In this document: piece by piece, positions 30,233 to 40,858 of the stretch
Layout: each line of letters starts with the position of its first letter
Numbering within the stretch: position 1 is the stretch's first letter
NCBI GenBank assembly: GCA_977020255.1
Contig: CDROCS010000506.1
Span: 1,302,001-1,366,000, forward strand
Direction of reading: 5' to 3'
Source: Obrimoposthia wandeli
Lineage: Eukaryota
DNA: 64,000 nt
Position numbers and translations under genes: made by a program
Notes under the pieces: model-generated
Databases searched by the model: none
Seen by the model: only the letters and a program-made list of their open reading frames with translations
What the model was told of the DNA's origin: nothing

Positions 30233-30439
30233 AAACAATCCTATTGAATAATATTATTATGAGTCTATCGTTAAACAGCAAGCGGGTACAGAAAAGTGCG
30301 GATAAATTAGCGGAATTAATAGATAAGTTAACAATTTGTTGAATAATCAGTCGGTTTTAAATCATCTTATTGTGAGATCCAAATTAGATCAAAATGAGAG
30401 CAAAGTGAGATAAAAAACCGACCAATGTATAGGTATTAC

Positions 30440-31618
30440 TTATTCAGCGTGACGATTAACTTCGCTTACAAACTGACTCGATGACTCTATACCTTGTCTA
30501 TCGAGTTGGTTCGTACCTGCGCCTAACAAGGGTAAACGCGCATTGTGATTATAGCTTAATCGACTTAGCATTAACGCTGAGTTAATTTGCTTTGCTGAAG
30601 GCGCTTCCGTTGATAAGGGTGCTTGCTTTGTTGATGGTGCTTTGCTACGGCTGCTACTAATTTCACTTTCAATCGCTTTAATTTGATCTGCACTGTGTAT
30701 TAATGCTTTATTTTTAGCTGTCACACTGCCAGTGATCTTAGAAGGCGCATTAATATTAGATTTAACTAACACTTTATTTTGGCTCGCAATAATCACTCGT
30801 TCATCAATAGCCGATGTTGGTTTGTTACGATTTAATTTCTTTTTAATGCCCGCAAGAAAAGCATTATGGGTTTTTGATTTTTCAACCAATCGCGTATCTA
30901 CAGCGGTCATTGCCACAGTAGCCGAAATAGCAGCTATCGGTTCTAAGATATAAGTCGGCGCTACTTGCCTATTCTGCTCTACTGAACTTAGAGGTGCCGC
31001 CTGAATAACTGGTGCCACTTTGGCTATCGCGACAGATTCAACCTCGACAACATTTTGATTTGATACTACCTGACGCTGACGTTTTAATTTATTCTGAATA
31101 CCGGCTAAGAATGAATTGGGGTTTTTACGTGATTGCTTCACCTCGACGTTAGCAATAGCATCAAAGGCTTTGTCTTTGGATTGGTCTTGAGTTGAAGTCG
31201 ACACAATCAAGGCTTGTTGTTCCTTCAGTACTCGCTGTTTGGCAACAAGTAATAAGCGCTGTTCGGCTTGCTGACGGGCGAGTTGCTGTTCAATTAAGAC
31301 CAACTGAGGATCTCTGCGTGTAAGTACTCTTTCAACTTGACGTTCGACGTTCGCGTTAGCAATGATATCATCAAGACCATCGAGTAAATTACTCGTTGGC
31401 GATAAATCGTTTACGACATCATTTATATTAACTTGTTTACGGCTAGCTCGACTTTGCGCCGCATTTTTTTCCACTATCTGACGTGGGAATTGACTATAAT
31501 GCATAGCACCACTGGCATCACGCCAACTGTATACTTTCGCCAATGTTGAATAACTCATAGAGCCAAAAATTAACCCTAATATTAAACGTTTATAATTATT
31601 TTTTGAATTCAGCATCAT
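30440..31618 (-). CDS. Exported hypothetical protein with N-terminal DUF4124-like domain and long low-complexity tail
   Basis: Signal peptide ending STLA, then KVYSWRDASGAMHYSQFP (DUF4124-like pattern); Q/A/S/K-rich remainder. Confidence 0.65.
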   Translation of the reverse strand: MMLNSKNNYKRLILGLIFGSMSYSTLAKVYSWRDASGAMHYSQFPRQIVEKNAAQSRASRKQVNINDVVNDLSPTSNLLDGLDDIIANANVERQVERVLTRRDPQLVLIEQQLARQQAEQRLLLVAKQRVLKEQQALIVSTSTQDQSKDKAFDAIANVEVKQSRKNPNSFLAGIQNKLKRQRQVVSNQNVVEVESVAIAKVAPVIQAAPLSSVEQNRQVAPTYILEPIAAISATVAMTAVDTRLVEKSKTHNAFLAGIKKKLNRNKPTSAIDERVIIASQNKVLVKSNINAPSKITGSVTAKNKALIHSADQIKAIESEISSSRSKAPSTKQAPLSTEAPSAKQINSALMLSRLSYNHNARLPLLGAGTNQLDRQGIESSSQFVSEVNRHAE

Positions 31619-31837
31619 CCTTTATACCTCACCCTATCCATCATTCTAACTTGAGATGACCTTCTCAAGTGCCGCTTTCGCTATTGATTCGAAGAATATT
31701 CTAACCACAAAATAGAATCCAATGTTGCATTTATGTTAACACCGAGATGGTGTGCATCAAAATGTTATCACTGTATTTAGCACGTCGGAGCTCATCTTTA
31801 ATCACCTTTGTGCAACTCGGTTCACATTTAATGAAAA

Positions 31838-32128
31838 TTAAGAACAATTAAATATAAGCGTATTAAAGGCACGATTCGCATCGGAATAACGATTAGTTAA
31901 CTCGGCATTTTTACCGTATTTATCGCAGTGTTCCTGTGCCATATCCACCACATCTATGGTATCTAGTTCACCAAGTTCATACTCATAAGAAGCGCCATTT
32001 TCAGTTTTAGTTAATACGTCAACCGAGCTACAGCCCGTCATAGCGACAACAAACATCGCAATACTTATTTTTTTAACAAGTTGCTGAGGTATCCTTTGAG
32101 CGATTTTATTTGGCAGAAACTGATTCAT
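31838..32128 (-). CDS. Small hypothetical lipoprotein
   Basis: Lipobox MTGC; mature part has two Cys (EHCDKYGK, FNCS); SD-like GGGA upstream of ATG 32128. Confidence 0.65.
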   Translation of the reverse strand: MNQFLPNKIAQRIPQQLVKKISIAMFVVAMTGCSSVDVLTKTENGASYEYELGELDTIDVVDMAQEHCDKYGKNAELTNRYSDANRAFNTLIFNCS

Positions 32129-32292
32129 CGTATTTCCCATCCTTGGTCTATTAGATTAGCAGGATAACCACTCGAAGGCGGCGCGCTATGACAGCTGATA
32201 ATACGATCCTAAGCCAATAGAAAAGCATGGAAATAGCATGATTTTGGGTATGAGCAGGTATGAGAAATGGTAAACGATAAGTTTCTAGACAT

Positions 32293-32350
32293 AAAAAAAC
32301 CGTAAATGACTAACTTAAAACCTTATTCAAGTTAAGCAGCATTTACGGTT
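32293..32350 (-). terminator. glyA terminator
   Basis: AACCGTAAATG...CATTTACGGTT long stem with an A-run on the plus strand. Confidence 0.7.
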
Positions 32351-32424
32351 AACAAATTAATCAGTTTTTATAAACCCTGAGGCTTATGGATTAATTTTTT
32401 GTATCAGACTATTTATATACAGGT

Positions 32425-33678
32425 CTATTTATAAACTGGATAGTCGGCACATAGCGCTTGTACGTTCGCACGTACTGTTGCTGCTACATCTTCATTACCG
32501 ATATTATCTAATACGTCACACATCCAACCTGCAAGTACACCGGCTTTATCAGCTGGGATACCGCGGCGTGCAAGTGCTGGCGTACCGATACGTAGACCAG
32601 ATGTAACAAATGGTGAACGTGGATCGTTAGGTACCGAGTTTTTGTTTACTGTGATATGTGCATTACCCAGTGCCGCATCTGCGTCTTTACCTGAGTATTC
32701 TTTGCCAATCAAGTCAACTAAGAATAGGTGATTTTCAGTACCGTTAGAAACGATTTTGAAACCACGTTCTTGTAGTACTGCAACCATGCTTTTCGCACAA
32801 TCAAGTACATTCTGTTGGTAAACAGCGAATTCTGGTTCCATCGCTTCTTTAAATGCAACCGCTTTAGCAGCGATAACGTGCATCAAAGGACCACCTTGAC
32901 CACCAGGGAAGATTGCTGAGTTTAGTTTTTTCTCAATCACTTCATCTGCTTGTGCAAGGATAAGACCGCCACGTGGGCCGCCTAATGTTTTATGCGTAGT
33001 TGTCGTTACAACATGTGCGTGCTTCATTGGGTTTGGATATAGACCAGCAGCAACTAAACCTGCAACGTGTGCCATATCAACAAATAGGAAAGCACCTACT
33101 TTGTCTGCAATTTCACGGAATTTAGCCCAATCAACAATACCTGAGTATGCAGAGAAACCTGCAACAATCATTTTTGGTTGATGTTCAATCGCTAACGCTT
33201 CAACTTCAGCATAATCTAGTTCACCAGTTTCAGGGTTGATACCGTACTGAACTGCGTTATAGATTTTACCCGAGAAGCTTACGCTTGCGCCGTGTGTTAA
33301 GTGACCACCATGAGCAAGGCTCATGCCTAATACAGTATCACCTGGTTTAACTAATGCCATGTAAACAGCAGCATTTGCTTGTGAACCAGAATGTGGTTGT
33401 ACATTCGCGTAATCAGCACCAAACAATTGCTTAGCACGTTCGATTGCTAGAGACTCTGCAATATCAACATACTCACAACCGCCATAGTAGCGTTTGCCTG
33501 GGTAGCCTTCAGCATACTTATTAGTAAGCTGAGAGCCTTGAGCTTCCATTACGCGTGGGCTTGTATAGTTCTCTGAAGCAATAAGCTCGATATGGTCTTC
33601 CTGACGAGTTACTTCTTGTGTCATTGCTGCCCATAATTCTGCATCATAGTCAGCTATATTCATATCACGTGTAAACAT
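32425..33678 (-). CDS. glyA: Serine hydroxymethyltransferase
   Basis: [41 protein letters not shown]; AGGAG SD before ATG 33678. Confidence 0.98.
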   Translation of the reverse strand: MFTRDMNIADYDAELWAAMTQEVTRQEDHIELIASENYTSPRVMEAQGSQLTNKYAEGYPGKRYYGGCEYVDIAESLAIERAKQLFGADYANVQPHSGSQANAAVYMALVKPGDTVLGMSLAHGGHLTHGASVSFSGKIYNAVQYGINPETGELDYAEVEALAIEHQPKMIVAGFSAYSGIVDWAKFREIADKVGAFLFVDMAHVAGLVAAGLYPNPMKHAHVVTTTTHKTLGGPRGGLILAQADEVIEKKLNSAIFPGGQGGPLMHVIAAKAVAFKEAMEPEFAVYQQNVLDCAKSMVAVLQERGFKIVSNGTENHLFLVDLIGKEYSGKDADAALGNAHITVNKNSVPNDPRSPFVTSGLRIGTPALARRGIPADKAGVLAGWMCDVLDNIGNEDVAATVRANVQALCADYPVYK

Positions 33679-34004
33679 CCGTTTTCTCCTGATTGAGATT
33701 ATACAAGTTGGTCTGTTAACCTTACACATCGCCATTAAATACAACATCCGACTAGTAAAATTAACATATAGTTAGTAGTCTTAACATTTTGCTAGCAAAG
33801 CTAAAATTTAGCTAGCAAAGCCAAACTGGAGCACATTGTAACGTGAATGTTGCCGAGTTCCTACTAGAATGCCTTGAGAAAATTTCAATTTTGCGTGAAA
33901 ACACTGCATTTTAAATTAACTTTGATCAAAACTGACTCCCCGGTTAAATTAATTCCGCTATAATGCAGCCCAATAACAGTACTCAACCCTATTTGGAGAA
34001 AACA

Positions 34005-34658
34005 ATGGATGAATTAACTCAACTATGCCAGACCCGTTCAGAGATCTACTGGTGGCTTTCAACAACACTAGCGACAGAATTAAGCGATGAACAACTGGGT
34101 CAGTATCAGTCTGCTGAGATCCAAGGTTTCTTGCAAGGCTTAGCGGCAACACCAGCGTTAACAGCGCCGGTTGAAAAGTTAATTAGTGCATTAGCAGCAG
34201 CAAACCTACGTAACGACGCACGCTTAGAGTTATGTGCCGACTATGCTCAAGTATTTCTAGGCAACAGTAAATCATCTGCGCCACCATACGAGTCTGTATT
34301 CACCAGTGAAGAAGGTCATTTGATGCAAGAAGCGTATCAACAGATGACAGCACTGTTAGAAAAGCACAATATTAATATCAGTGATAAATACAGCGAACCA
34401 GCTGATCACATTGCGATCCAGCTAGACTTCATGGGTAACTTAATCTTAAAAACATTAGATTCAGAATCAGAAGAACAAATTCGCGCAAACTTCGCGATGC
34501 AGCATGACTTCTTGCAAACGCACTTACTTAACTGGTTAGGTGATTTTGAAATGAAAGTGAAAGACTGTGATAAATTTGGTTTTTATGCAGCGGTAGTTGA
34601 ACTGTTATTAGCATTCGCACAGTTAGATTCTGACTGGTTAGAAACTGAATTAGATTAA
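34005..34658 (+). CDS. torD: TorD family molybdoenzyme chaperone
   Basis: RSEIYWWLS, LCADYAQVFL, APPYESVF, EPADHIAIQLDFMGNL; GGAG SD before ATG 34005. Confidence 0.88.
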   Translation: MDELTQLCQTRSEIYWWLSTTLATELSDEQLGQYQSAEIQGFLQGLAATPALTAPVEKLISALAAANLRNDARLELCADYAQVFLGNSKSSAPPYESVFTSEEGHLMQEAYQQMTALLEKHNINISDKYSEPADHIAIQLDFMGNLILKTLDSESEEQIRANFAMQHDFLQTHLLNWLGDFEMKVKDCDKFGFYAAVVELLLAFAQLDSDWLETELD

Positions 34659-34674
34659 TAGTAAAGCTTAAAGA

Positions 34675-34818
34675 GACCCCACCCTAGCCCTCCCCTTAAG
34701 AAAAGGGAGGGGACTAAAACAGCGCCAAGCCAATTTTACCGCTAGACTAAGTTAGTATTCAAGACTTGTCTTTGCTCTTGATCCTCCCCTTAACTTTAGG
34801 GGAGGCTGGGAGGGGGTC
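34675..34818. repeat. About 144-bp MITE-like palindromic element
   Basis: Ends GACCCCACCCTAGCCCTCCCCTT... and ...CTCCCCT-taacttt-AGGGGAGGCTGGGAGGGGGTC are imperfect inverted repeats, each with an internal CCTCCCCT/AGGGGAGG-type hairpin; GC-rich in AT-rich context. Confidence 0.72.
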
Positions 34819-34830
34819 TATCTTAGAACT

Positions 34831-35727
34831 TTACTTCAAGCCACTAATAAATGCTTGCAGATCTGCACCTACTTCTGGGTGACGTAAACCATACTCAATA
34901 AATGCTTTCATATAACCGAGCTTTGAACCACAGTCATGTAACTTACCGCTAATGTGGAAAGCCTCTACTGTTTCTAACTTCATTAGATCATCAATAGCAT
35001 CGGTTAATTGGATCTCATCACCAGCGCCTGGCGCAGTTTTTTCTAATAAATCCCAAATTGCCGCAGGTAAAACATAACGTCCAGCAATAGCTAAATTAGA
35101 CGGGGCTTTATCTTGAGCTGGTTTTTCTATCACTGCCGTCATCGGCGTCGATTCACCAGCATGAAGTTCAACACCAGCACAATCAGCAACACCGTAACCA
35201 GACACTAGATTCATTGGCACTGGCTCAACCATGATCTGACTAAAACCGGTTTCATCAAAACGGCGCATCATGCTGGCTAAGTTTTCAGTTTTTAAATCCG
35301 CGCTAACTTCATCCATCAATACATCAGGCAATACCACCGCAAATGGTTCATCACCAATAATCGGTTTTGCGCACAATACCGCGTGGCCTAGGCCTTTCGC
35401 GACACCTTGACGGATATGCATGATAGTCACACCTTTTGGTGCAATCGCTTGTACTTCCGCTAGTAACTGACGCTTAACACGATGCTCTAGCGTTGACTCT
35501 AATTCGAATGATGTATCAAAATGGTTCTCGATAGCATTTTTTGATGCGTGAGTAACAAGTACAATCTCGGTAATACCCGCCGCTGCACATTCGTTAACGA
35601 TATATTGAATCAGAGGCTTATCTGCAACTGGCAACATTTCTTTTGGAATAGCCTTGGTTGCAGGTAACATACGTGTACCTAAACCCGCGACTGGAATTAC
35701 TGCTTTAGTGATCTTAGTCTGTTTCAA
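34831..35727 (-). CDS. galU: UTP-glucose-1-phosphate uridylyltransferase (TTG start)
   Basis: [41 protein letters not shown]. Confidence 0.96.
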   Translation of the reverse strand: MKQTKITKAVIPVAGLGTRMLPATKAIPKEMLPVADKPLIQYIVNECAAAGITEIVLVTHASKNAIENHFDTSFELESTLEHRVKRQLLAEVQAIAPKGVTIMHIRQGVAKGLGHAVLCAKPIIGDEPFAVVLPDVLMDEVSADLKTENLASMMRRFDETGFSQIMVEPVPMNLVSGYGVADCAGVELHAGESTPMTAVIEKPAQDKAPSNLAIAGRYVLPAAIWDLLEKTAPGAGDEIQLTDAIDDLMKLETVEAFHISGKLHDCGSKLGYMKAFIEYGLRHPEVGADLQAFISGLK

Positions 35728-35780
35728 AGTTTTATCCTTTTGTACTTTTTATATATTTATATTTTTATACGTAGCACTTT

Positions 35781-36788
35781 TTATACTTTGTAAAAATCAC
35801 GATACCAATCAACGAAGGCCTTTACGCCCTCTTTAACTTTTACTTTTGACGTATAACCTGTGACAGCAAATAAATCTTGAGTATCCGCATAGGTAGCGTA
35901 AACATCCCCCGGCTGCATTGGCATGAAGTTTTTCTTGGCTTTAATACCGAGTGAGTCTTCTAATGCTTCAATGTAATCCATCAATTTAACCGGACTACCG
36001 TGACCAATATTGTAAACACGATAAGGTGCGCTACTGGTCGCAGGGCTACCCGTTTCGACTTTCCATTCGCTATCTGGCGTTGGTATTACAGCTTGGATCT
36101 GTAACACACCCGCGACGATATCATCAATATAAGTAAAGTCGCGTAACATGTCACCATTGTTGTATACGTCAATCTCTTCACCAGCAATAATCGCTTTAGT
36201 GAACTTAAACAGCGCCATATCCGGACGACCCCAAGGGCCATACACAGTAAAGAAACGCAGTCCAGTAGTTGGTACGCCGTATAAATGTGAATAGGTGTGA
36301 GCCATCAATTCATTCGACTTCTTCGATGCTGCATATAATGAAATAGGATGATCAACACTATCACTGGTACTAAATGGGGTTTTATTATTGAGGCCATAAA
36401 CCGAACTTGATGATGCATACACTAAATGCTTCACTTTGTTATTACGGCAACCTTCTAATACGGTTAAGAAACCTGTTAAATTGCTATCTGCATACGCCAT
36501 CGGATTATCAATGGAATAACGTACACCCGCTTGTGCAGCAAGATGTATAACGCGATCGAATTTGTGTTCAGAAAATAACTTAGCAACACCATCACGATCA
36601 GCCAGATCCAGTTCAATAAAGCTAAATAATTCAGATTTCTTAGCATTGGCTAAACGAGCAAATTTTAGATTTACATCGTAGTAATCATTTAAATTATCAA
36701 CACCAACTACTTGATGGCCTTGTTGACATAATAGCTCCGCACAGCGCGAGCCAATAAACCCGGCAGCGCCGGTAATTAAATATTTCAT
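35781..36788 (-). CDS. uge: UDP-glucuronate 4-epimerase (Uge/CapI-type NAD-dependent epimerase)
   Basis: TGAAGFIG, HLAAQAGVRYS, YAASKKSNE, YGPWGRPDMA, PMQPGDV; adjacent to ugd. Confidence 0.85.
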   Translation of the reverse strand: MKYLITGAAGFIGSRCAELLCQQGHQVVGVDNLNDYYDVNLKFARLANAKKSELFSFIELDLADRDGVAKLFSEHKFDRVIHLAAQAGVRYSIDNPMAYADSNLTGFLTVLEGCRNNKVKHLVYASSSSVYGLNNKTPFSTSDSVDHPISLYAASKKSNELMAHTYSHLYGVPTTGLRFFTVYGPWGRPDMALFKFTKAIIAGEEIDVYNNGDMLRDFTYIDDIVAGVLQIQAVIPTPDSEWKVETGSPATSSAPYRVYNIGHGSPVKLMDYIEALEDSLGIKAKKNFMPMQPGDVYATYADTQDLFAVTGYTSKVKVKEGVKAFVDWYRDFYKV

Positions 36789-36861
36789 CTGTTTTCACTT
36801 GTATTTATGACTGTTATTTTATAAATGCTATTTATTCATTGTCGACTTAGTCATTACCAAC

Positions 36862-38028
36862 TTAATCATTACCAAATAAGTCACGAGTATAGACTTTATC
36901 CGCTACATCGAGTAGTTCATCGGCTAAACGGTTTGATACTATGACATCAGACAGTGCTTTAAATTCATTGAGGTCTGTCAGCACAGCCGATTTAAAGAAT
37001 TCACTCTCGGTCAGTACTGGCTCATAAACGACAACTTTAATGCCCTTGGCTTTAATACGTTTCATGATGCCTTGAATCGAAGATGCTCGGAAATTATCCG
37101 AACCCGTCTTCATGATCAAGCGATAAACCCCTACAACATGTGGTTTTCTAGCAATGATAGCATCAGCAATGTGATCTTTACGTGTCGAGTTCGCATCGAC
37201 AATAGCACTGATTAAACTGTTGGGTACATTTTCATAGTTAGCACGTAACTGTTTGGTATCTTTAGGCAAGCAATAACCACCATAACCAAATGACGGGTTA
37301 TTATAATGACTGCCGATACGCGGATCTAAGCCCACCCCTTTAATAATCTGAGCAGTATCTAAATTATGCGTTTCAGCATAACTATCCAGTTCATTGAAAT
37401 AAGCCACACGCATCGCAAGGTAAGTATTAGAAAACAGCTTAACAGCCTCAGCTTCCGTTGAATCGGTAAACAAGACATCAATATCAGTTTTAATCGCACC
37501 TTGTACTAACAGGCCAGCGAAGACTTCAGCACGTTCAGATTGTTCACCGACAATAATACGTGATGGATGTAAGTTATCGTATAACGCACTGCCCTCACGT
37601 AAAAATTCAGGTGAGAATAAAATGTTATCGCAGCCAAGGCGTTGTTTGACTTCTTTGGTATAACCTACAGGTACCGTTGATTTGATCACCATCACCGCAT
37701 TTGGGTTAATCGCCATCACGTCTTTAATGACCGCTTCAACAGATTTGGTATTAAAATAGTTATTCACTACATCATAATCAGTTGGCGTGGCGATGATCAC
37801 ATAATCAGCATTGGCATAAGCAAGTTGCTTGTCGGTTGTCGCGATAAGATCAAGTTCTTTGTTGGCCAGAAAATCTTCAATTTCATTATCTGAAATAGGT
37901 GATTTTTTAGCATTAATAAGATTTACTTTTTCGGCGATAATATCTAACGCGATCACGCTATTATGTTGCGCTAACAACACCGCATTTGATAAACCAACGT
38001 AACCTGTACCAGCAATGGTAATATTCAT
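36862..38028 (-). CDS. ugd: UDP-glucose 6-dehydrogenase
   Basis: [39 protein letters not shown]. Confidence 0.97.
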   Translation of the reverse strand: MNITIAGTGYVGLSNAVLLAQHNSVIALDIIAEKVNLINAKKSPISDNEIEDFLANKELDLIATTDKQLAYANADYVIIATPTDYDVVNNYFNTKSVEAVIKDVMAINPNAVMVIKSTVPVGYTKEVKQRLGCDNILFSPEFLREGSALYDNLHPSRIIVGEQSERAEVFAGLLVQGAIKTDIDVLFTDSTEAEAVKLFSNTYLAMRVAYFNELDSYAETHNLDTAQIIKGVGLDPRIGSHYNNPSFGYGGYCLPKDTKQLRANYENVPNSLISAIVDANSTRKDHIADAIIARKPHVVGVYRLIMKTGSDNFRASSIQGIMKRIKAKGIKVVVYEPVLTESEFFKSAVLTDLNEFKALSDVIVSNRLADELLDVADKVYTRDLFGND

Positions 38029-38191
38029 GGTATTGACCTGATTATGAGTGGAAGCAATTTGAGAGGTATTCTAGCATTAAACTATAACCACAAGTTAATG
38101 CTAGCATTTAAATCGTCTCGATGAGAACAGAAAGTGATATTAAAGGCATTAAGAATATTAAAACATTTAACGATATTACAAAGTTAAAAAC

Positions 38192-39244
38192 TTATTCAAT
38201 AAGATCAAAATTTAGCGCCGTACCTCTAACAATAGCATTCTTCGCTATTTTGCCTAAAACAGTTTCATAATGTTTTGGGGCAAGACCAAAACCAGGACGA
38301 ATACTACGAACATTATCGCTGGTAAGAGCTTCTCCAGCAGCAATATCTTTGACGACATATAATGAACGACGAAATTTCACATTACCTTGCTCCGCAACCG
38401 TCCTCTCATAATTCACTTTACCGAGAGCTTGCCAAGCGGTATGAGTATCACGACAAAGTTGCCCTAACTCCGCAGGCTCAAGTGAGAAGCTATCATCTGC
38501 GCCGCCGCCATTACGATCTAAGGTAACATGTTTTTCAATTACACAGGTGCCGAAAGCCACAGAAACAACTGCAGTGGCATTATCAATAGTATGATCGGAC
38601 AACCCCGCTAGTACATTAAAGCGTTGGCTTATATCGGCAATAGTACGCAAATTATATTGCCCGGCAGGCGCTGGATAACCACTGACACAATGTAAAACCA
38701 CCAGCTCATTACAGCCATTATCCTTAGCCGTTTGGATTGCTAACTCGATCTCGTCTTGATCTGCCATACCAGTTGAGATAATCATCGGTTTACCGGTTTG
38801 CGCAACGCGTTTAATTAACGGTAAGTCTATGACTTCAAATGAGGCAATTTTGTATGCAGGTGCATCCAGCTGCTCTAATAAATCCACGGCAGTAAAATCA
38901 AAAGGCGAACTAAAAATAGTGATGCCTAATTCTTTCGCTTTAGCAAATAACGGTTGATGCCACTCCCACGGCATATGTGCAGTTTTGTACAACTGATATA
39001 GACTTTGCCCATCCCATAAACCACCCTTAATCTGGAATTCATCACTCTCGGAATCCATGGTAATAGTATCTTGGGTATAGGTTTGTAATTTTATCGCATC
39101 AGCCCCGGCAGCTTTAGCGGCTGCCATTATCGCAAAGGCACGGTTAATATCACCATTATGGTTAGCCGATAGTTCTGCGATGATATAAGGTGGATAATTC
39201 GGGCCAATTTTACGACCGTCGATAGTTATAAATTGCTCAGTCAT
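38192..39244 (-). CDS. pseI: Pseudaminic acid synthase
   Basis: IAELSANHNG, KLQTYT, KIASFE, GLSDHT, IEKHVTL; SAF domain SIRPGFGL. Confidence 0.93.
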   Translation of the reverse strand: MTEQFITIDGRKIGPNYPPYIIAELSANHNGDINRAFAIMAAAKAAGADAIKLQTYTQDTITMDSESDEFQIKGGLWDGQSLYQLYKTAHMPWEWHQPLFAKAKELGITIFSSPFDFTAVDLLEQLDAPAYKIASFEVIDLPLIKRVAQTGKPMIISTGMADQDEIELAIQTAKDNGCNELVVLHCVSGYPAPAGQYNLRTIADISQRFNVLAGLSDHTIDNATAVVSVAFGTCVIEKHVTLDRNGGGADDSFSLEPAELGQLCRDTHTAWQALGKVNYERTVAEQGNVKFRRSLYVVKDIAAGEALTSDNVRSIRPGFGLAPKHYETVLGKIAKNAIVRGTALNFDLIE

Positions 39245-39313
39245 AATATTAATGAATACTCTTCGATAAAAATTAAGTGGCTAAATAAATGCGTAGATGA
39301 GGTAAACAGAGCT

Positions 39314-40822
39314 TTAAGCCAGTGGATAGCGAGTAAAGCTTTCCGCACTCAAGCGTTGGTAACCAGCTTGAGTAAACAACTGTTGTGATGCTACATTTGC
39401 CGTTAATACCTGAGCATGTACAGTGATACTCGGATGTAATACATCCAGATAAGCCAGTGCCCGTCTGGCGATACCTTGATTATAATAAGTAGGGTCAATA
39501 AAAATAGACAATAAATATTCAGTTTCGGCTATTTTATCAAGACGCACAACGCCGACATCAGTATCAGCAATTGTAATCATATAAAAATAATCTTGCTGTT
39601 GCAGAAGTTTACACCTCATCCAATTGTCGTGCTCAGTCCAAGTCGGGACTTGTTGATTTAGCGCATATAGTCTTGTGGACGGATGACATTGCCAATCAAA
39701 TACCAACTTAATATCCGCCTCTGTAGCACTGCATAATTGTAAATCATCAACTCTCACTAAATTACTCATCGCTTTCAATACACGGTTCAAACCTAAACCA
39801 TCACATAATTTAAGATTATTCACCCGGAGCCGAGACCAATTTTGTAGCAGTCTTTGATAACTACTTAGTAGATGCTCTGCTATCTCATCAAGCTCAAGTT
39901 TATAGACTGCGTTAACCGCAACCAAATTACGGCTGATGGTTTGCTGATTGTCCGCTAACGGTACAATAATACTCGGAATACCTAAGCACGCACGCTCCCA
40001 AGACGTTGTACCTAGTGCGCCAATCGCTACTTGCTGTTGCGACATTAACTCAGCCATATCATCAACAAAATCTAAATGAGTGATCCAGTCATCCTGCTGT
40101 AAACAGAACGCTTTCACTTGTTGGTAATGCGGAGCTCGCGGCCCTAATAATACCGTGACTAAGGGTCGTGATAATGTCGGCACCTTAGCAAGCGCTGTTA
40201 ATACCGACAGCGTCGCATTGGGTTGATCACTACCGCCCATAGATAATAATAATTTTGGTCGAGCGCCAAGTTTATTACTTATTAAAGCATGTTGACGATA
40301 ATCACTAAATCGTGGATTTAATAACGCGAAATCACAACCGGTTAATAACTTAGTATCATCAGTGGCTTGATATTCATTTTTTAGCCGTAATAAAGTTTGA
40401 TCTAAGAGCAGGTCAGCGGCATGCTGTCGCACTAAATCATCAATAACCATTATTTTGCAATTTAAGGCTTGTTTTATATAGCCTTGCCAACCTTGATTCA
40501 AAGCATAATGATCAACAATCACCAGGTCTGCAACAGCCACCAGCGTTAACAGGTTTTGCGCATCTTGCAACCACGGCACTTGCAACCAAGCTATATAATC
40601 AGCGCTATGTTGTGGTTCCAGCCAAGTTTGCGGCGGCGCCAACAAATCCACCGCAAAGCCTTTATTCTCAATAAAATCAATTAAATCACCAGTTTGTGGG
40701 CGACACACGAAACTCACCAGATGCCCTTGCTTAACAAGTCCCTGCGCTAATACTAGACAGCGCATCACATGACCACTGCCAATATGTACCGAGGCATCAG
40801 TGCGTATGACGACTTTCATCAA
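39314..40822 (-). CDS. pseG: PseG UDP-sugar hydrolase fused to a C-terminal PseH-like GNAT N-acetyltransferase
   Basis: IRTDASVHIGSGHVMRC, VDHY, MGGSD, GTTSWERACLG; then DWQCHPSTR...WTEHDNW...NVASQQLFTQAGY. Confidence 0.88.
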   Translation of the reverse strand: MMKVVIRTDASVHIGSGHVMRCLVLAQGLVKQGHLVSFVCRPQTGDLIDFIENKGFAVDLLAPPQTWLEPQHSADYIAWLQVPWLQDAQNLLTLVAVADLVIVDHYALNQGWQGYIKQALNCKIMVIDDLVRQHAADLLLDQTLLRLKNEYQATDDTKLLTGCDFALLNPRFSDYRQHALISNKLGARPKLLLSMGGSDQPNATLSVLTALAKVPTLSRPLVTVLLGPRAPHYQQVKAFCLQQDDWITHLDFVDDMAELMSQQQVAIGALGTTSWERACLGIPSIIVPLADNQQTISRNLVAVNAVYKLELDEIAEHLLSSYQRLLQNWSRLRVNNLKLCDGLGLNRVLKAMSNLVRVDDLQLCSATEADIKLVFDWQCHPSTRLYALNQQVPTWTEHDNWMRCKLLQQQDYFYMITIADTDVGVVRLDKIAETEYLLSIFIDPTYYNQGIARRALAYLDVLHPSITVHAQVLTANVASQQLFTQAGYQRLSAESFTRYPLA

Positions 40823-40858
40823 AATAGTCCATTACAATTCTTCATTAAAAATAGCCCA

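Noticed and set aside
27755-30440. FMN riboswitch in the rib operon
   Set aside because: Spacers are too short (under 50 bp before ribBX) and I see no RFN-like conserved sequence upstream of nrdR or ribD.
4769-33747. Long N-terminal extensions in the ORF track (oppF to 4849, oppC 6793, oppA 9508, pomA 13799, ribH 26591, glyA 33747)
   Set aside because: Better SD-linked starts matching the known N-termini lie downstream.
33880-33897. PurR-like half site (..TTTTGCGT) upstream of glyA
   Set aside because: Only one half matches ACGCAAACGTTTGCGT; too weak to call.
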